From an uncultured Gemmatimonadaceae bacterium (lineage in GTDB: Bacteria > Gemmatimonadota > Gemmatimonadetes > Gemmatimonadales > Gemmatimonadaceae): DNA of 64,000 nt. The position numbers and the translations under genes are program-made. The notes beneath the pieces are model-generated. The model was not told where the DNA came from. It searched no databases and worked only from the letters and a program-made list of their open reading frames with translations. Location: the NCBI GenBank assembly GCA_963817955.1, contig CAWFQK010000002.1:288001-352000 (forward strand). Direction: 5' to 3'. The number at the start of each line of letters is the position of its first letter. The stretch's first letter is position 1. Shown here in pieces: positions 60,417 to 64,000 of the stretch.

Positions 60417-62344
60417 AGCACATCTCCTTCGGTGGTCGCGCGCGCGGCGGGAGTGGCGAGGGTGGCGCGGATCACGTCGGCAAGGACTCCCGGGCGCAAC
60501 GGCTCGCCGGGCACGCGGGTCCAACAGTCCACATCGACCAGTGTTTGGGCGCGCAACAGCCACGCAAGCTGACCGCGGCGGCGATTTTCATCGGTGATGA
60601 ACGGATCCGACGGGTCATCGCTGTAGTTGAGCTCCACAGTCATGACCTTGGCGAAGCGCTTGAAGATTGCCTTGAGTCCGGGCTCGAGCGGCGACAGGAA
60701 GGTGAGGTGGAGAGACGAAACGCTGAGTCCTTCGGCGCGTGAGCGCTCCACGGCTTCCTCGATCGCGCCGCGGGTACTGCCCCATCCCACGATCAGCAGG
60801 TCGCCGGTATCGTCCCCGTTCACGGTTGGTGGCAGCATCATCTGCTGCAAGACTGCGAACTTGCGGCTGCGCATCGTCGAGCTGTGTTGGTGGACGCCGG
60901 AGCTGTATGCCACCTTGCTCCGTTCGTCGTGCGCCAGGCCCGTCACGGTGTGCATCCCCCCCGGCTGTCCCGGGAGAATCCGTGTGGAGAGTCCGAGCCG
61001 TGCGTCCCAGTCGTACGGGAGCGCGCCGTTGGCGACCGGCACCATGTCCGGCTCCGGGGCCTGCCACTCCGCGAGCAGCGTCGGCCGTGGGAACGGCTGG
61101 ACGCCGGTCGCAAGGTTCGCGTCGCTCAGCACCATCACGACCGCGCGGAATGTCTCCGCAAGCCGGCGTGCCGTGACGACGGCGTGGAAACATTCCTCGA
61201 TGGTGGATGGCGCGATCACGATGCGCGGCGCATCACCCGTTTGCGCGAACAACGCCGCGAAGAGGTCGGATTGCTCGACCTTCGTCGGCAGGCCCGTGCT
61301 CGGGCCGCCGCGCTGTACTTCGATCACGACGAGCGGGATCTCGGTCATGATGGCAAGACCAATGAACTCGGTCTTGAGCGCCAATCCGGGGCCCGATGTA
61401 ACGGTAAAGGCCACCTTTCCGGAGTACGACGCGCCAATCGCCACGCCAGCCGCGGCGATCTCGTCCTCGGCCTGGTGGAGGATGCCGCCGAACTTCTCGA
61501 ACACGTCGGCCAGGAAGTGCGACACGGAAGTGGCCGGCGTGATCGGATACATGGCGCACAGCTCCATGCCCGACGCCAGCGCGCCCATTGCCAACGCCTC
61601 GTTGCCATTCATGACGACGAGCGGCACATCGGACGTCCGCGTGGCAACGTCAATGCGGAAATCAAGGTGCGTCGATGCCCATTCATAGCCGAGACGCATC
61701 AATGCAACGCAGCGCTGATAGACCTCCTCCGACTTCTTGCGGAAGGCGTAGGCGATCTGTTCATCGATACGCACCAGATCACGATCGTAGATCCAGGCCA
61801 GCATACCGAGGGCAAACATGTTCTTGCCCTTCTTGGGATTCTCGTCGATGGTGAGGCATTGCTCCTCCATCGGGACTTCGATGATCCGGTACTGGCTGGT
61901 CGCCAGTTCGGCCATCACGGCTTCCCAAGCAGCCCGCACGTCCGGATTGGAGTGCGACGCCCAGAGGTTCTCGACGAGAATGATGGCGTCGGGTGCCAGC
62001 GCGCCTAGTCGATGCCGCGATAGTAGCACCTGCTCATTGAAGGCAACCAGCAGTTGGACGGCGTCACCCCAATTTGTGACGGGCCCAGAGCCGATGCGGA
62101 TGCGGTTTCCGCTGGCGCCCTCCGGAGTTCGTGGCGGTGGTTGGATTTCGGCCGGAATGATCTCGACCGTCCAGACGCCATTGCCCATCTTGGCGGATAC
62201 TGCACCAAAGATTTGGCCGCACTTTTGTGCCCCTTCACCAGAATCCGAGACTATTTCGACGGTGTGTTCGGGCAGGTGCAGCGTTGTATGGTGCAACGAG
62301 TTAGCCAACGCAGAGTCGGCTATCGTGGTAATCGACTGTGCCAT
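60413..62344 (-). CDS. 2-oxoacid:ferredoxin oxidoreductase alpha subunit (gamma-alpha fusion)
   Basis: SG.G.Q..G, GNEA, YPITPA, QAEDEI, TSGPG..LK.E, VQRGGPSTGLPT and GWGST. Confidence 0.93.
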   Translation of the reverse strand: MAQSITTIADSALANSLHHTTLHLPEHTVEIVSDSGEGAQKCGQIFGAVSAKMGNGVWTVEIIPAEIQPPPRTPEGASGNRIRIGSGPVTNWGDAVQLLVAFNEQVLLSRHRLGALAPDAIILVENLWASHSNPDVRAAWEAVMAELATSQYRIIEVPMEEQCLTIDENPKKGKNMFALGMLAWIYDRDLVRIDEQIAYAFRKKSEEVYQRCVALMRLGYEWASTHLDFRIDVATRTSDVPLVVMNGNEALAMGALASGMELCAMYPITPATSVSHFLADVFEKFGGILHQAEDEIAAAGVAIGASYSGKVAFTVTSGPGLALKTEFIGLAIMTEIPLVVIEVQRGGPSTGLPTKVEQSDLFAALFAQTGDAPRIVIAPSTIEECFHAVVTARRLAETFRAVVMVLSDANLATGVQPFPRPTLLAEWQAPEPDMVPVANGALPYDWDARLGLSTRILPGQPGGMHTVTGLAHDERSKVAYSSGVHQHSSTMRSRKFAVLQQMMLPPTVNGDDTGDLLIVGWGSTRGAIEEAVERSRAEGLSVSSLHLTFLSPLEPGLKAIFKRFAKVMTVELNYSDDPSDPFITDENRRRGQLAWLLRAQTLVDVDCWTRVPGEPLRPGVLADVIRATLATPAARATTEGDVL

Positions 62345-62390
62345 GTGCGGTTCACTTCCCCGAGTGATGGATCGCAATGCGTTTAGTGTT

Positions 62391-62422
62391 AGTCAGGACG
62401 TACCCTAGCTTCAGTCAGGACG
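62391..62422. promoter_or_regulatory. 10-bp direct repeat with 22-bp period upstream of the oxidoreductase/rnf operon
   Basis: AGTCAGGACG at 62391 and 62413. Confidence 0.4.
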
Positions 62423-62460
62423 CGCCCACTTTTCTGTAAGGGATTCGCTGATGGCGAATC

Positions 62461-63768
62461 TCAAGGGAAGAGCTTGGATAGCAAATATATCAGCGTGCCC
62501 GCCAATCCGCCGACAATCGTGCCGTTGATACGGATGAACTGCAAATCGCGGCCGATCGCCAGCTCGACGCGGCGCGAGGTGATATCCGGATCCCATGCGG
62601 CGACAGTCGATGCGATCAGCTCCGCGACCTCGTCCTGGTAACGCGCCACGAGGAAAGAAGCCACATCGACGACGAACTCGTCGAGCTTCGCCAACAAGGC
62701 AGGGTCGTCAACCGCCTTCTGCGCAAACGTCGTCACGGCGTTCTCGAACGCGCCGGGAGCTGCGGACTCCGGATTCGCTGCGTAGCGGCCCAACGCCGCC
62801 TTGCCGTCCTGCCAGAGCGATGCCGAAAAACGCCGCGCCGCTTCGTTCTCCAGGAAGTCCTCTTTCCATGCGTCCACCCGCGCCGCGAACTCCGGCGACG
62901 TATTCAACCGATCAATGAAGCCATGCAGTGACTCGTCAAACCGCTGACGCAACGCGTGATGCCGATCAGCGCTGAGCTCGGCAAGCAGCCGCTGAATGGA
63001 GTCGAGCACGCGCTGGAAGATCTTCTCGTCCACCGCCGACGGCACCCACCAGGGGGTTTCCTGCTCGATCCGCGCGCGAATCAGCTCGCTATTGTCGATC
63101 ACCGTACGCGACGCCAGGTGGATGACTTCGTCGAGTACTTCCTGGTGGCGATCGTCCTCCGTCATCACGCTGAGCACGCGGCCAAGAAGCGGAGCGAGAT
63201 GCATGGCGCGCACGCGTGCCGACAGGCTGCGATCGATCACCTCCTGCACGTCCTCATCCTTCAGCATTTGCGCTGCCGAGCTCATGGCCATCGCCGCGTT
63301 GTGCGCGATGCGGTGAGCGTTCTCAGGGTCGGCCAGCCACTCCGCGAGCCGCTTCCCCACCTCCACGGAACGCAGCCGATACTCGATGACCTCGCGCGTC
63401 AGAAAATTGCGCTGCACAAACGCGCCCAGTGTCCGGCCAACACGATCCTTCTTCGCCGGCACGATCGCAGTGTGCGGAATGGGAATTCCGAGCGGGTGAC
63501 GAAATAGCGCCGTCACGGCAAACCAATCCGCGAGACCGCCGACCATCGCGGCCTCCATGGTGGCGCGGATGATTCCGAGCCACCCGTAGCGAGCTTCGAG
63601 CGCCCGTGTGACGACGAACAACACCGTCGCGGCCACCAGCAGTAGCGTGGCTCGCCGTTTCATCGTATCGAGGGCCGCCTGCCTCGCCGCTTCGTCGTGC
63701 AGAACCTGCATGGCCCGCGGTCCCGTGACCGGCGGCAAGGGCGGGAGCCCGCCGGCGGCCATCGTCAC
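62461..63768 (-). CDS. DUF445-family membrane protein
   Basis: EAAMVGGLADWFAVTALFRHPLG.PIPHTAI and GRDLQFIRINGT.VGG. Confidence 0.93.
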   Translation of the reverse strand: MTMAAGGLPPLPPVTGPRAMQVLHDEAARQAALDTMKRRATLLLVAATVLFVVTRALEARYGWLGIIRATMEAAMVGGLADWFAVTALFRHPLGIPIPHTAIVPAKKDRVGRTLGAFVQRNFLTREVIEYRLRSVEVGKRLAEWLADPENAHRIAHNAAMAMSSAAQMLKDEDVQEVIDRSLSARVRAMHLAPLLGRVLSVMTEDDRHQEVLDEVIHLASRTVIDNSELIRARIEQETPWWVPSAVDEKIFQRVLDSIQRLLAELSADRHHALRQRFDESLHGFIDRLNTSPEFAARVDAWKEDFLENEAARRFSASLWQDGKAALGRYAANPESAAPGAFENAVTTFAQKAVDDPALLAKLDEFVVDVASFLVARYQDEVAELIASTVAAWDPDITSRRVELAIGRDLQFIRINGTIVGGLAGTLIYLLSKLFP

Positions 63769-64000
63769 CGCGCGGTGACCCTCACCTTGGAGAAGTCCAC
63801 GAGTGCCGTACTCGCACCCGAGGGCACGTCGATATACAGCACCACAGGGCGGCCGTCGATCTCGCGAACGTCGATATCGATCGTTCGCGTCGCGGTTGCA
63901 TAGTGGCGTTTCTCACCCGCGACGGTCGGTTTTACGACGAAGCGCTTCGCGATCACCGCGTCCATCGCCGACATGAACTCGGCCGCGTCGCCCGGCGTGG
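63765..64000 (-). CDS. Hypothetical protein, 3' end only; 5' end probably lies beyond the window
   Basis: The frame is open to the window edge and its stop overlaps the DUF445 start. Confidence 0.5.
   Translation of the reverse strand, partial: TPGDAAEFMSAMDAVIAKRFVVKPTVAGEKRHYATATRTIDIDVREIDGRPVVLYIDVPSGASTALVDFSKVRVTAR

Overview
High-GC bacterial window, probably Gemmatimonadota. This is an inference from gene content: a SusC/SusD pair, carboxypeptidase-regulatory-domain proteins and an ADOP-type permease. The left ~15 kb is accessory. It holds gene remnants, a TMTC-like glycosyltransferase carrying an in-frame (GCGCCCCA)n tract, and an ATPase gene split by an ISAzo13-family IS (3-bp TAA target duplication). 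It also holds an unusual bidirectional locus (7.2-15 kb). Leftward it encodes an ECF sigma, a FecR-like anti-sigma, a catalytically altered CHAP-like protein and a sigma-region-2-only protein. In the centre lie ~39 strictly phased degenerate 21-nt repeat units. Rightward it encodes a helical protein and a stand-alone holin/CHAP-endolysin/spanin-like cassette, with no other phage genes. The middle carries mgtA, TonB receptors, an operon of a class A beta-lactamase-like hydrolase, an M15-like peptidase and a PafA/Dop-like protein, a GxxExxY nuclease gene enclosed by ~115-bp inverted repeats, and susC/susD. The right part is housekeeping (ffh-rpsP-rimM-trmD-rplS-rnhB, lon) plus a ~15.6-kb operon in which 2-oxoacid:ferredoxin oxidoreductases are interleaved with a complete rnf cluster and apbE; two single-base frameshifts there look like sequencing errors. 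A ~110-bp heptamer-built element recurs directly after stop codons in a fixed orientation relative to transcription. No rRNA, tRNA or CRISPR array was recognised. All calls come from manual motif reading, not database searches.
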